In this document: one piece after another, positions 7,801 to 17,081 of the stretch
Position numbering within the stretch: position 1 is the stretch's first letter
Layout: every line of letters begins with the position of its first letter
Virus record (IMG/VR): IMGVR_UViG_3300029288_000065
Span: 1-64,000 of that record
DNA length: 64,000 bases
Origin: a virus
Lineage: Duplodnaviria; Caudoviricetes
Direction: 5' to 3' (one strand)
Notes under the pieces: model-generated
Database searches by the model: none
Seen by the model: only the letters and a program-made list of their open reading frames with translations
What the model was told of the DNA's origin: nothing
Program-made: the position numbers and the translations under genes

Positions 7801-10098
7801 ATGGCAACGTGGGATGAAGCCTACCAGTCGACATTAGCAGAAGTAGGAGACGATCTAGCAGCAAAAGTAATTACCGATAAATATCTAATAGTTCGTGATA
7901 ACAATAATTATCTAGAAACAAAACCAAGCCAAATGTGGAGACGATTGGCAGCAGCTAATGCTGCCGCTGAGAAGAAAGAATTGGCAAAAGAGTTCGAAGA
8001 ACAATTCTTCGAAATGATGTCAAATTGGAGATTTGTTCCAGGAGGAAGAATATTATACGGACTTGGGAATGACGCCAATGTAACACTAAAGAACTGTTAT
8101 GTAATAGCAATCAGAGAAGATTCCATAAAAGGAATCTTTGATGCAATATACGAAATAGCAGAAACATTTAAAGCAGGAGGTGGATCTGGTACAGATTTAA
8201 GTATTCTTCGTCCAAAAGGATCTGCAATAAATAATGCGGCTCGCGTATCAAGTGGATCAGTGTCATTCCTCCATCTTTTTAGCCAGATTGCTGGTACTAT
8301 TGGTCAACATGGGAGAATAGGTGCACTTTTGGTAAGTATGATTGACCATCACCCAGACATCTTTGATTTTATAAGAGTAAAGGGCGGGGATGATCTGGAC
8401 GCAGTAAGAAATGCCAACATATCAGTCAAGATTACGGATAAATTACTAAATGCAGTAGAAAATAATGGAGACTTTGATCTCCATTGGAATGGGAAGATTT
8501 TCAAAACGATTAAAGCTCGTGAATTATGGCAAGAAATAATTCACTATGCATGGAAGAGAGCTGAGCCTGGTTTGTTATTCTGGGATACGATTCACAGAAT
8601 TGGGCCAGCTGAACAATATGAGAAGTTCAAGACTCTGACAACCAATCCATGTGGTGAAGCGACTCTTTCAGATGGGGATTCTTGTAATCTTGGTTCATTG
8701 AACTTTGGTCTCTATGTCAAGAATTCATTTGATAAAAATGCATGTTTTGATTTTAATTTGTTTAAACATGATGTAAAACTTGGGATTAGATTCCTGGATA
8801 ATATTATTACACTTGATAAATCTCCTCTACCGTTCCAACAGTGGGCAAACGACAATGGAAGAAGACTTGGCCTTGGTGTAATGGGATTGGCCGATGTGTT
8901 TATGAGAATGGGTATGAGGTATGATTCTCCTGAAGCTTTTGAATTGACCGATAAGATAATGAGAACGTTTAGAGATACATCTTATGAGGCATCGTGTGAA
9001 CTTGCAAAAGAAAAAGGATCATTCCCAGAATTTGATGTAAAGAAACACATGAAATCTCCTTATGTACAGAAACTACCAGAGAATATTCAGGAGATGATTC
9101 AGAAGACCGGTATTCGTAATGTTGCTCTGCACGCAATAGCTCCTACTGGTTCTTTAAGTTGTATTGCGAAATGTACAGGCGCAATTGAGCCAGTGTTTAA
9201 GGTAAGTTATACCAGGAAGACAAATCTTGGCACAGCCAAAGAAGTAAAGGAATTTCAAGTATTCCATAACACAGCAAAGGAATTTCTGGAAAAGACAAAG
9301 AAATCAACGTTACCAGGTTATTTCGTTGGTACTCATGAAATAACACCAGAGAAGAGAATTAAACTTCAGAGTATCGTCCAGGGATATATTGATCAGGCTA
9401 TTTCCAATACTGTAAATCTTCCTGAGGATTGTACTGAAGAGCAGATTGGGCAAGCTTATATGATGGCTTGGAAAGCTGGTTTGAAGGGCATAACTGTTTA
9501 CCGTGAAGGATCTCGTGAGGGCGTATTATCTTCCAAGTCGACGAAAAATGGAAAGATAAATGAGACTGGAAAGATTATAGTACACAATGCACCAAAGCGT
9601 CCAGATTCACTTGATGGCGTGGTACATGTCATCAAACCCAACGGAACAAGATATGCAGTCTTTGTTGGTCTTCTTGATGGACGTCCTTTTGAAGTATTCG
9701 CGCTTGATCACAAACTTACAGGTCTTGAAGATGGTATGCATGGAAAGATTGTGAAAGAGAAAGTTAATAAGACTCAGAATTATTATCATTTCGAAAGTGG
9801 TGCTCTTATAGTTAGAAAGCTAAATGATTTTGAGGACAGTGAGGCATCATTTATAACTAGAATGATATCAACTGCTCTCAGACATGGTACTCCGCTTGAA
9901 TTCTTGATTGATCAAATAAACAAGTCCAAGGTTCAGTATAATACATTCCCTAGAGCAATTGCTCGTGCTCTTTCGATTTATTTGAAACAGGATGAGGTAA
10001 AGGGGAAATTTAAATGTCCAAAATGCGGCAGTACTAACATAAAGTGGTCTGGGACGTGTTTTGCATGTTTGGATTGCCAGGAGAGCAAGTGCTCTTAA
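7801..10098 (+). CDS. nrdJ: adenosylcobalamin-dependent (class II) ribonucleotide reductase
   Basis: PGGRIL, NCYV, TNPCGE, SCNLGSLN, RRLGLGVMG, IAPTGS, GLKGITVYREGSR, C-terminal CPKC..CLDC zinc ribbon. Confidence 0.93.
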   Translation: MATWDEAYQSTLAEVGDDLAAKVITDKYLIVRDNNNYLETKPSQMWRRLAAANAAAEKKELAKEFEEQFFEMMSNWRFVPGGRILYGLGNDANVTLKNCYVIAIREDSIKGIFDAIYEIAETFKAGGGSGTDLSILRPKGSAINNAARVSSGSVSFLHLFSQIAGTIGQHGRIGALLVSMIDHHPDIFDFIRVKGGDDLDAVRNANISVKITDKLLNAVENNGDFDLHWNGKIFKTIKARELWQEIIHYAWKRAEPGLLFWDTIHRIGPAEQYEKFKTLTTNPCGEATLSDGDSCNLGSLNFGLYVKNSFDKNACFDFNLFKHDVKLGIRFLDNIITLDKSPLPFQQWANDNGRRLGLGVMGLADVFMRMGMRYDSPEAFELTDKIMRTFRDTSYEASCELAKEKGSFPEFDVKKHMKSPYVQKLPENIQEMIQKTGIRNVALHAIAPTGSLSCIAKCTGAIEPVFKVSYTRKTNLGTAKEVKEFQVFHNTAKEFLEKTKKSTLPGYFVGTHEITPEKRIKLQSIVQGYIDQAISNTVNLPEDCTEEQIGQAYMMAWKAGLKGITVYREGSREGVLSSKSTKNGKINETGKIIVHNAPKRPDSLDGVVHVIKPNGTRYAVFVGLLDGRPFEVFALDHKLTGLEDGMHGKIVKEKVNKTQNYYHFESGALIVRKLNDFEDSEASFITRMISTALRHGTPLEFLIDQINKSKVQYNTFPRAIARALSIYLKQDEVKGKFKCPKCGSTNIKWSGTCFACLDCQESKCS

Positions 10099-11136
10099 GT
10101 GATTGAATTAACGCCAGTCCAGATTGAGAATTGGGTATCAAGCCACTTTAAGTATAAGAAGAGAAGTGGTGGGCGTCAACTTGTAATTAATAATCCATTC
10201 GATGGTGATTCTGGTTATCATTTCTGGATATCAACTGTAAAATCAGCTTTGAAACAGGGGAAGAATAAAGGGAAAGTTGGATATTGGGTATTCGATTTTA
10301 GACCTGGTGTTTTTGCTGGTTCACTTATTAATTTTGTAATGAAGTACAGAAAGTTGAATTATTTTCAAGCAATTCAAGAATTAACTGGTCTTAAGCGTGG
10401 TGATTTAAAGAGCATTCTTCGTCAGGATTTTAGAAAGAAACAAGAAATAGAAAAAGAGGAAGAAGAGGAGAAATGTCTTGAATTACCAAAATTCAGTAAG
10501 ATTTTAACTGAAGAATCAGACAATAGCAAGATAAAACAGATTGCGTTGAATTATCTTCACAATAGGGCTATTAATAATGAAAAGATTCAACATTACTCTT
10601 TATATTATACGCCTGTGACGATTGTTTTCCCTTATGTTGAATATGGTCTAACTGTTTATTGGCAGGAACGTGAATTATTGAATAAAAAATTTAATTTCCC
10701 AGATGCAATTAAAACTGGCTTGAATAAAACGGATTTTGTTTTTGGATTTGACCATGTTGATCCAAATGATGATGTGGTAATTGTGGAATCTATATTTAAT
10801 TGCATGAGTATTGGTCATAATTGTATTGCTTCTGGTGGTGCTACTATTTCTGGGAAACAACCATTAAAGATATCTGCGTTATCTCCTCGTACTCTTATTT
10901 TGGCTCCTGATTTTGATGAAGCAGGTTTGAAATCGTTGATAGGTAATTATTATTTATTGAAGAATAAATTTAAATTGGCTTATTGTCTTCCTCCTTCTGT
11001 AGATGATTGGAATGATATGGATAAGAACAATGGCATTGGGACTGCGTTGAGATATATAGAGAAAAATGTGAAATACCTAAATCTTTCTGAATTGGTTAAA
11101 GTATCTAACCTACTTGCGTTACTGAAGGCGTCTTGA
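10099..11136 (+). CDS. DNA primase (TOPRIM)
   Basis: VVIVESIFNCMS, LAPDFDEAG, DDWND; N-terminal CHC2-like region. Confidence 0.8.
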   Translation: MIELTPVQIENWVSSHFKYKKRSGGRQLVINNPFDGDSGYHFWISTVKSALKQGKNKGKVGYWVFDFRPGVFAGSLINFVMKYRKLNYFQAIQELTGLKRGDLKSILRQDFRKKQEIEKEEEEEKCLELPKFSKILTEESDNSKIKQIALNYLHNRAINNEKIQHYSLYYTPVTIVFPYVEYGLTVYWQERELLNKKFNFPDAIKTGLNKTDFVFGFDHVDPNDDVVIVESIFNCMSIGHNCIASGGATISGKQPLKISALSPRTLILAPDFDEAGLKSLIGNYYLLKNKFKLAYCLPPSVDDWNDMDKNNGIGTALRYIEKNVKYLNLSELVKVSNLLALLKAS

Positions 11137-11416
11137 CTTGATTCTTTAAATTATATTCTCTAATTACACTTGTTTTTCTTTTATCCAGGGTTCTTAATGC
11201 ATTTCTGTATGCTTGTGGTGTATTTTCTTTAAACCACGATAATTGTTTTGATATTGCTTGTTTTTCTAGATAATCTAGAGATTGTCTTATTAGGAATATT
11301 TCTTCATGCGTAATACTATTATCTAGGAACCCAATTAACTTTTCATTCTTTTCGCCTAAATATAGATATAAGCATGGAGGTCGTTTTTTATATGATATCC
11401 ATAAGAGGCGCATACT
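11105..11416 (-). CDS. hypothetical protein (start uncertain)
   Basis: ORF between primase and tail genes. Confidence 0.4.
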   Translation of the reverse strand, partial: SMRLLWISYKKRPPCLYLYLGEKNEKLIGFLDNSITHEEIFLIRQSLDYLEKQAISKQLSWFKENTPQAYRNALRTLDKRKTSVIREYNLKNQVKTPSVTQVG

Positions 11417-11417
11417 A

Positions 11418-12707
11418 ATGGAATTCCCCATGGGCCATAATCCACAACTATTTTTGACAATTGGTGGAGGACAAGATATAGGGCCTATGTTCCTCAAATT
11501 TGAGTGGAAATCATTCACGAATGGTGGATATATTATTAGGGCAAAACTTTCAGATTCTTATTGGAAGAAATTAAGAGATATAGCGACTCAATTCTATCTT
11601 GATGAAGGAAGAAGAAAACCAACTCCCGTACAGTTTGAATTGATTTGGCCAGGTATTAACGGGGACAATCAACGTACAGGGAAACGTCTTGCTTATATGA
11701 CAGGATTGGACGCCAGAGGTGTACAATCAAGTGGTACTCTTGAATTTGTCGCTGTTGATCCTCCATCTTTTTGGTTAAATGGTGGATGTTCGTCTGGGAA
11801 AGTTTATAAAGGGAAAGTTTCTGATGTTATAAAAAAGGTCGTCCAGGAATATTTCAAAGAAGGAAAAGTAGAAGTTAGTAATACTGTTGATTTTGATGAG
11901 AATCAATGGTGGATGATGAGAATGGACCCCAAAACATTTATTGCTTCTTTACTAGAATGGTCTTCAAGTTTGACAGAGAAGAAAACGAATTGGATAGTCT
12001 CAAGTGATGATAAAGAAATTTGGATAAAAGAACAAGCCGCCAGGACATCAGAGAATTATGGTACTTTTAGTATGAATAAGAAATCACCTGGTGGGAATGA
12101 CATCTATAATTTTGAATTTTTGGCTGACACTTTCATTTCTGTCTTCCAGAAACAATTAATTACTCAGGGATTATCGACTGTATCAGAAAGGTTTATGGAC
12201 CGGATTAAGGATTCTCCTCCGCACACAGGGACTGAATCACAATGTGTTGTTCATGTTCATGATGAGAATACTCAAAACAAGAAAATTGTAAAGATTGATC
12301 GTACTCGTGGTTTTAAAAAACCAACAGAGATACCTGGAGCTATTGGAAAACCACATGAATGGTCAACTTCAATTGGTGCAATACCTGAAGATTCAGGACA
12401 GAGTTTTGGTAAGACTTATGATGAATATATTGATGGGCGAGCAAGAAAGACATTTCTTGATATGTTAAATCTGGTTATGAGAATAAAGATTCGTTGTACA
12501 GGAATTGGTAAGAAATCATTGGCAAATAGTCATAATTTGGGAGTCTCAAAATTAAAAATACTTTGGAAGGATCCAGATGATAAGGACTACTTCCTGGATG
12601 GTGACTGGTTGGTCTACGGTTTCCACCACATAGTTACGCCTGGTCATTGGTACACAGATGTATATTGTGCCAGGCTCGACTACGATGCGCTTGGAAAACC
12701 GATTTGA
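11418..12707 (+). CDS. putative baseplate hub protein (gp27/late-control-D-like)
   Basis: YKGKVSDVIKKVV, FLDGDWLVYGFHHIV..WYTDVYCAR; upstream of tape measure. Confidence 0.6.
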   Translation: MEFPMGHNPQLFLTIGGGQDIGPMFLKFEWKSFTNGGYIIRAKLSDSYWKKLRDIATQFYLDEGRRKPTPVQFELIWPGINGDNQRTGKRLAYMTGLDARGVQSSGTLEFVAVDPPSFWLNGGCSSGKVYKGKVSDVIKKVVQEYFKEGKVEVSNTVDFDENQWWMMRMDPKTFIASLLEWSSSLTEKKTNWIVSSDDKEIWIKEQAARTSENYGTFSMNKKSPGGNDIYNFEFLADTFISVFQKQLITQGLSTVSERFMDRIKDSPPHTGTESQCVVHVHDENTQNKKIVKIDRTRGFKKPTEIPGAIGKPHEWSTSIGAIPEDSGQSFGKTYDEYIDGRARKTFLDMLNLVMRIKIRCTGIGKKSLANSHNLGVSKLKILWKDPDDKDYFLDGDWLVYGFHHIVTPGHWYTDVYCARLDYDALGKPI

Positions 12708-12715
12708 GGTAGGAA

Positions 12716-15700
12716 ATGGATCCAAATACATATGCTCTTTCACTGGAAATAACATTAAATGATCTGGTGTCAGAATATTTAAGCGGCATAAACGGTGGTC
12801 TGGACACGACGGTCGCCAAAGTAACAGAAGTAGAGAATGCTTTCAAGGCAATGTCCACCAATATAGTATCATCACTTGACCATGTTTCGGCCAAGATGAA
12901 TGAAGTAATGAATCAAATGACTACAGCGCAAGAAAAAGTGAAAATCAAAACTGAGGAGACAAACGCATCGGTTGCTGCCGGAGCTATGCAAAACCAGGTA
13001 ACTTATAAGAATGAGACTGACGATTTAATTGGTATCAACGAACAAAAAACTGACTTATTAAAAACAGAAAAGGAATTACAGAAATTAACCAAGGAACAGA
13101 TTCCACTTAAAGAAAAGAGTTTAAAGAGTCAACAGGATGCTCAAAATAATATTATTGATAATCAGACTAATATTAATAAAGGAGAGAGGAATTATCATAC
13201 TATAGCTGGGGTTACCAAAGGTATAGTTGATAAGGTACAAGGCTTTACCAAAAAGATAGGTACCGCTCTGCTTGCTGTAGCCACTGGAGGAGCAAGTGCT
13301 GCAGCCGGAACTGCTGCAGCTGGGGAAGCTGCTGCAGCAACTGGTGGTGAAATGGCAGCTGCTGGGAAAGCTGCTTCAGGTATGGGTGGGGGTTTGGATA
13401 AAGCAATAGATGGATTATTTGATTTTGCAAATGCTGGATATATTGTCTATGGTACTGTTTTGGTTATGTTGGCAAACTGGTTGGATGAGGCAGCAGCCAG
13501 AGCAGAGAAATTTAAGACAGCAATGTATCGTGCAACTGGGTCTATGAATGAGATAATGATTAGGGCTAGTATGATGACGAGTGGTTTAAAGGCAACTTCT
13601 GATGAAGTTGATGAGGTAATTTCAGCTCTAATCCGCGCAGGTGCGAATAAGAAGAACGTTTGGGAATTAACAGAAGCTACGACGATCTTCTCAAAAGCTC
13701 TTGGTGTAAGTGCAGATGTAGCTGCACAATTTGCCAATAGAATGAGAGTTGTACTTGGTACTACTCGTTTGGCTGAAGCTTCAATGGCTATGCTTTATAA
13801 AGCTGCTGAACATTTTAGTTTATCAGGTGAAGATATGACCAATATTATGACAGAGGCAACTGAAAGCGCAACATTGTTGGGAACTTATGGTGAAAAAGCG
13901 GTTTCCAACTATACTGAAACCTTGGTAGCTGCTGCAGCTGCCGCGAAGAATTTGGGTGTTAATACCTCGAAAGCCACTCAATTGATTGCCAGTATGAAAG
14001 AGCCATTGGCTGGTGTCAAGATTCTTGGTGGTGCTGTCTTACAGATGGACCCAGCCAAGAAAATGGAAGAAATATTAAAGAGGATTCCAAATATTGAGAA
14101 ACAATATGAAGAAATGGTAAAGGCTCGTGGTGCTGGTTATGCAACAATGTATATTAAAGCGCGATATGATATCGACCCAGAACAACTAAAGATTTTGAAG
14201 GAAATGACAAAGACAAAAGAAGTGATGTTGAAAGTTGGTATAACAACAGAACAAGCTGAAAAGGATATGGAGCGAATAAAGAATGCTGCACAAGAGTCAA
14301 TGACTGGTGTCTACACAGAGATGCTGAAAATTATGGATAATATAAAGAATATAGGCATGATGATTGTAGGACCATTACTCCCACTATTGAAGATAATTTT
14401 CATGGTAGTAAATGGAATTTTCAGTATTATTGCTGGATTTGTGGCTCCAATTTCAGAGATGCTTATGAAGATGTGGTCATTGTTCGACGTTAGCAATGAA
14501 TTAGGTGAAATGTTTACCATCCTCCGTAATATTGCTTTAGCCATAGGAAAAGTTTTGGGATTTATAATTTTTGTGCTTCTAGCTCCGTTCATTGCTGGTG
14601 TTGTTCTTCTAGTAAAAGGATTTAGTGTTCTGTGGGAAATAATCCAACCAATCGCTTCAGCTATAGCTGACATATTTGGTTTCTTAGCGGGCGGTATTTG
14701 GGATGCGTTGATGGCACTAATTGATGGGTTTAATGGGATATTTAAAACATTAAAAGAAGGAATTAGGAGTGTAGTGTCAGGAATGAAGAGTTTGGTGACG
14801 CTTGGTGGTACATTTGATATTGCGACTGTAAAGGAAGTTGCGAAATATATTGGTGCAGCAACTGCTGCTGTTTTGGCTTTGGTTGTCGCAATGAAAGCTG
14901 CTGCTATTGCAGAAGGTGCTTGGAATATTGTTAGAGGTGCTGGGAATAAACTCCTTGGTGAAGAATCTCTTTTAATGAAGGCCAAGACAGTTTGGACAAA
15001 TCTGATGACAAAGGGTAATTTAACAAGCACAAAGGGTATTTGGGATAAGGTAAAAGGAATTTTCTCGCTTACAAAAGCTGAACAAGGTTTGAAGGCTGTA
15101 CAGGTTCCTGGAAAGGGTTTGATTCTGGAAGAGGCTTCTGCAATTACAGACGCTGCAAAAGCGAATAAGGGGTTAATAGGAACGATTTGGCAAAAAATAA
15201 CTGCTTTGAGAAGTTTAAGTTTGTCTCAAATGGCTAGTAATGTAGCCACAAGAGCAGGAACGTTGTTTAGCTCATTGTCAAGTCTTAGTTTGGGAGGTGC
15301 GGCTACGAGAATTGGTGGCCTCTTTACTACGCTAAAGACTGCTATTCCTTCGATGTTAAGTTTTGGAAAACTAGCTGGATTTGCAAGTAGTGCCGTTTCT
15401 GGTTTGGGTTCAGCAATGTCTGTTCTTGGCCCTGTTGCTCTTATGGTTGGTGCAGCAATTGGAGGTTGGAAGATTGGGAAATGGATAGGTGAAATAACCG
15501 GTTTACATAAGTCGACGAAGGAACTGGCAGATGAGCATAGGAAGGCTCTGAAAAATTCCCCAGAAATTAAAGCCCATATGTCAGAGATTGACAAATTAGC
15601 AGAGAAGCGTATTGCCAATTTGGATACTGAAGGGAAACTTCGCGCTAAGAATCTTAAACTTTGGGGTCTGAATAATACTCAAGCGTCTATTGGTGCTAAG

Positions 15701-16162
15701 AGTGCTCAAGATGAATTGAAGATGTTGGAGAGTATGGCAAAAGCGGGGAATAAGAATGCTGATATGCTCAAGCGTCTAAACGAACTTCGGAAGGCTGCTA
15801 AGGAAGCACCACAAGCGAAGGTTGTTCCTGGCGCGGGTGGTGATTGGGAAGATATGGCGAAACGGAATAGAGCATTCTTGGAGGGTGGTCCAAAGGCATA
15901 TTCAAGAGATGAAGCACCTCTCATAAATGAAGTTCCAACTGTTAAGGTTCAAGAAGGTGGGCCAAAAACACCAAGTCCTGTTACTGATTTAATCAAGGTC
16001 CAGAGTGAAAATTCAGAGAAGATGAAGAGTGCTGTAGATTATTTAAAGGAAATCTGTAAGAGTTCAGAGGAAGCACAAGATTTGTTGAAGGTTTATCTTC
16101 CGAAGTTGGTTGAGGGGACGACAGATACTGGTTTGGCTAGCGTGGCAAATAATTGGATTTAG
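12716..16162 (+). CDS. tail tape measure protein
   Basis: 1148 aa, Ala/Gly-rich helical, hydrophobic central segment, tail-gene context. Confidence 0.85.
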   Translation: MDPNTYALSLEITLNDLVSEYLSGINGGLDTTVAKVTEVENAFKAMSTNIVSSLDHVSAKMNEVMNQMTTAQEKVKIKTEETNASVAAGAMQNQVTYKNETDDLIGINEQKTDLLKTEKELQKLTKEQIPLKEKSLKSQQDAQNNIIDNQTNINKGERNYHTIAGVTKGIVDKVQGFTKKIGTALLAVATGGASAAAGTAAAGEAAAATGGEMAAAGKAASGMGGGLDKAIDGLFDFANAGYIVYGTVLVMLANWLDEAAARAEKFKTAMYRATGSMNEIMIRASMMTSGLKATSDEVDEVISALIRAGANKKNVWELTEATTIFSKALGVSADVAAQFANRMRVVLGTTRLAEASMAMLYKAAEHFSLSGEDMTNIMTEATESATLLGTYGEKAVSNYTETLVAAAAAAKNLGVNTSKATQLIASMKEPLAGVKILGGAVLQMDPAKKMEEILKRIPNIEKQYEEMVKARGAGYATMYIKARYDIDPEQLKILKEMTKTKEVMLKVGITTEQAEKDMERIKNAAQESMTGVYTEMLKIMDNIKNIGMMIVGPLLPLLKIIFMVVNGIFSIIAGFVAPISEMLMKMWSLFDVSNELGEMFTILRNIALAIGKVLGFIIFVLLAPFIAGVVLLVKGFSVLWEIIQPIASAIADIFGFLAGGIWDALMALIDGFNGIFKTLKEGIRSVVSGMKSLVTLGGTFDIATVKEVAKYIGAATAAVLALVVAMKAAAIAEGAWNIVRGAGNKLLGEESLLMKAKTVWTNLMTKGNLTSTKGIWDKVKGIFSLTKAEQGLKAVQVPGKGLILEEASAITDAAKANKGLIGTIWQKITALRSLSLSQMASNVATRAGTLFSSLSSLSLGGAATRIGGLFTTLKTAIPSMLSFGKLAGFASSAVSGLGSAMSVLGPVALMVGAAIGGWKIGKWIGEITGLHKSTKELADEHRKALKNSPEIKAHMSEIDKLAEKRIANLDTEGKLRAKNLKLWGLNNTQASIGAKSAQDELKMLESMAKAGNKNADMLKRLNELRKAAKEAPQAKVVPGAGGDWEDMAKRNRAFLEGGPKAYSRDEAPLINEVPTVKVQEGGPKTPSPVTDLIKVQSENSEKMKSAVDYLKEICKSSEEAQDLLKVYLPKLVEGTTDTGLASVANNWI

Positions 16163-16171
16163 AGGTGATAT

Positions 16172-16738
16172 ATGGGTTCTTATGGTTTAATTCCTTTTGA
16201 TGATTCGATGATAGCAGAAGTACGATTCCAATTAACTCTTGGAAAGGGCGCTGGGAATAATATTGAATTCCAATTTATGCCAAAACTTAAATCAGAAAGT
16301 AATACCAGTACTTGGGAAGAATCTGATATTTGGGCTGTTGAACCATTGAAGATTCATAAAGGGTCGGGTGGGAAAAAATTGGCTATGGAATGGGAATATT
16401 TGGCATCTGATGAGATTTGGAACTGTGGAAAGGTTGCCAAAACTTTAAAGAATTTAAAGACATATTTCTTCGAATTCACACGAGAGACTTATCCAACAGC
16501 CAAGATAATTTATGGTACTTCAATTCCATCACCAACTTATTTTAGAATTATGGATGTTAGCATAACTTATAGTGATGAAATAATATTTAATAATGGGATG
16601 CATCCTCTTCATTCTAGAGTTTCTGTTTCTCTGGAATTGGCAACGAATGTGAATGAGCCTGGTGGGAAACAATCTTCCGATGCTGAAGGGAAATTACCGG
16701 TTGATCCTTTGTCAGCCGCAATCTTTGATTGGTACTAG
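16172..16738 (+). CDS. putative tail tube initiator/baseplate protein
   Basis: FQFMP..SES...W, DVSITYS..P..SRVSVSL pattern; lies between TMP and gp53-like gene. Confidence 0.55.
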   Translation: MGSYGLIPFDDSMIAEVRFQLTLGKGAGNNIEFQFMPKLKSESNTSTWEESDIWAVEPLKIHKGSGGKKLAMEWEYLASDEIWNCGKVAKTLKNLKTYFFEFTRETYPTAKIIYGTSIPSPTYFRIMDVSITYSDEIIFNNGMHPLHSRVSVSLELATNVNEPGGKQSSDAEGKLPVDPLSAAIFDWY

Positions 16739-16746
16739 GAGAAAAT

Positions 16747-17064
16747 ATGGCAATAGATACTGATAGTCTCTCCCGTTTCAAATTTTCCGAATCCATAATT
16801 AGAAATGGGAAAGAAACTTTTGGAATGTGGAAACGACCTGATTTCATGAAGGTCGAAAATGTACAGGACACAGACGTATTCTATTTTTCTGTAGATCAAT
16901 CAACAGCAGGAAGACCAGATCTAATTTCTCAACAGATGTATGGTACGCCTATGTTGGAATGGGTGGTAATCATGTTTAATAGACCACTAAATACCATAGG
17001 GTGGCCGAAATCCGGTACTGTAATAAAACTTCCTACGCAATCGGTTGTTTATAGTGGATTATAA
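16747..17064 (+). CDS. baseplate wedge protein gp53-like (LysM-like)
   Basis: GRPDLISQQMYGTPMLEWVVIMFN..G.VIKLP. Confidence 0.8.
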   Translation: MAIDTDSLSRFKFSESIIRNGKETFGMWKRPDFMKVENVQDTDVFYFSVDQSTAGRPDLISQQMYGTPMLEWVVIMFNRPLNTIGWPKSGTVIKLPTQSVVYSGL

Positions 17065-17081
17065 ATAATGTGGAGGATTAA

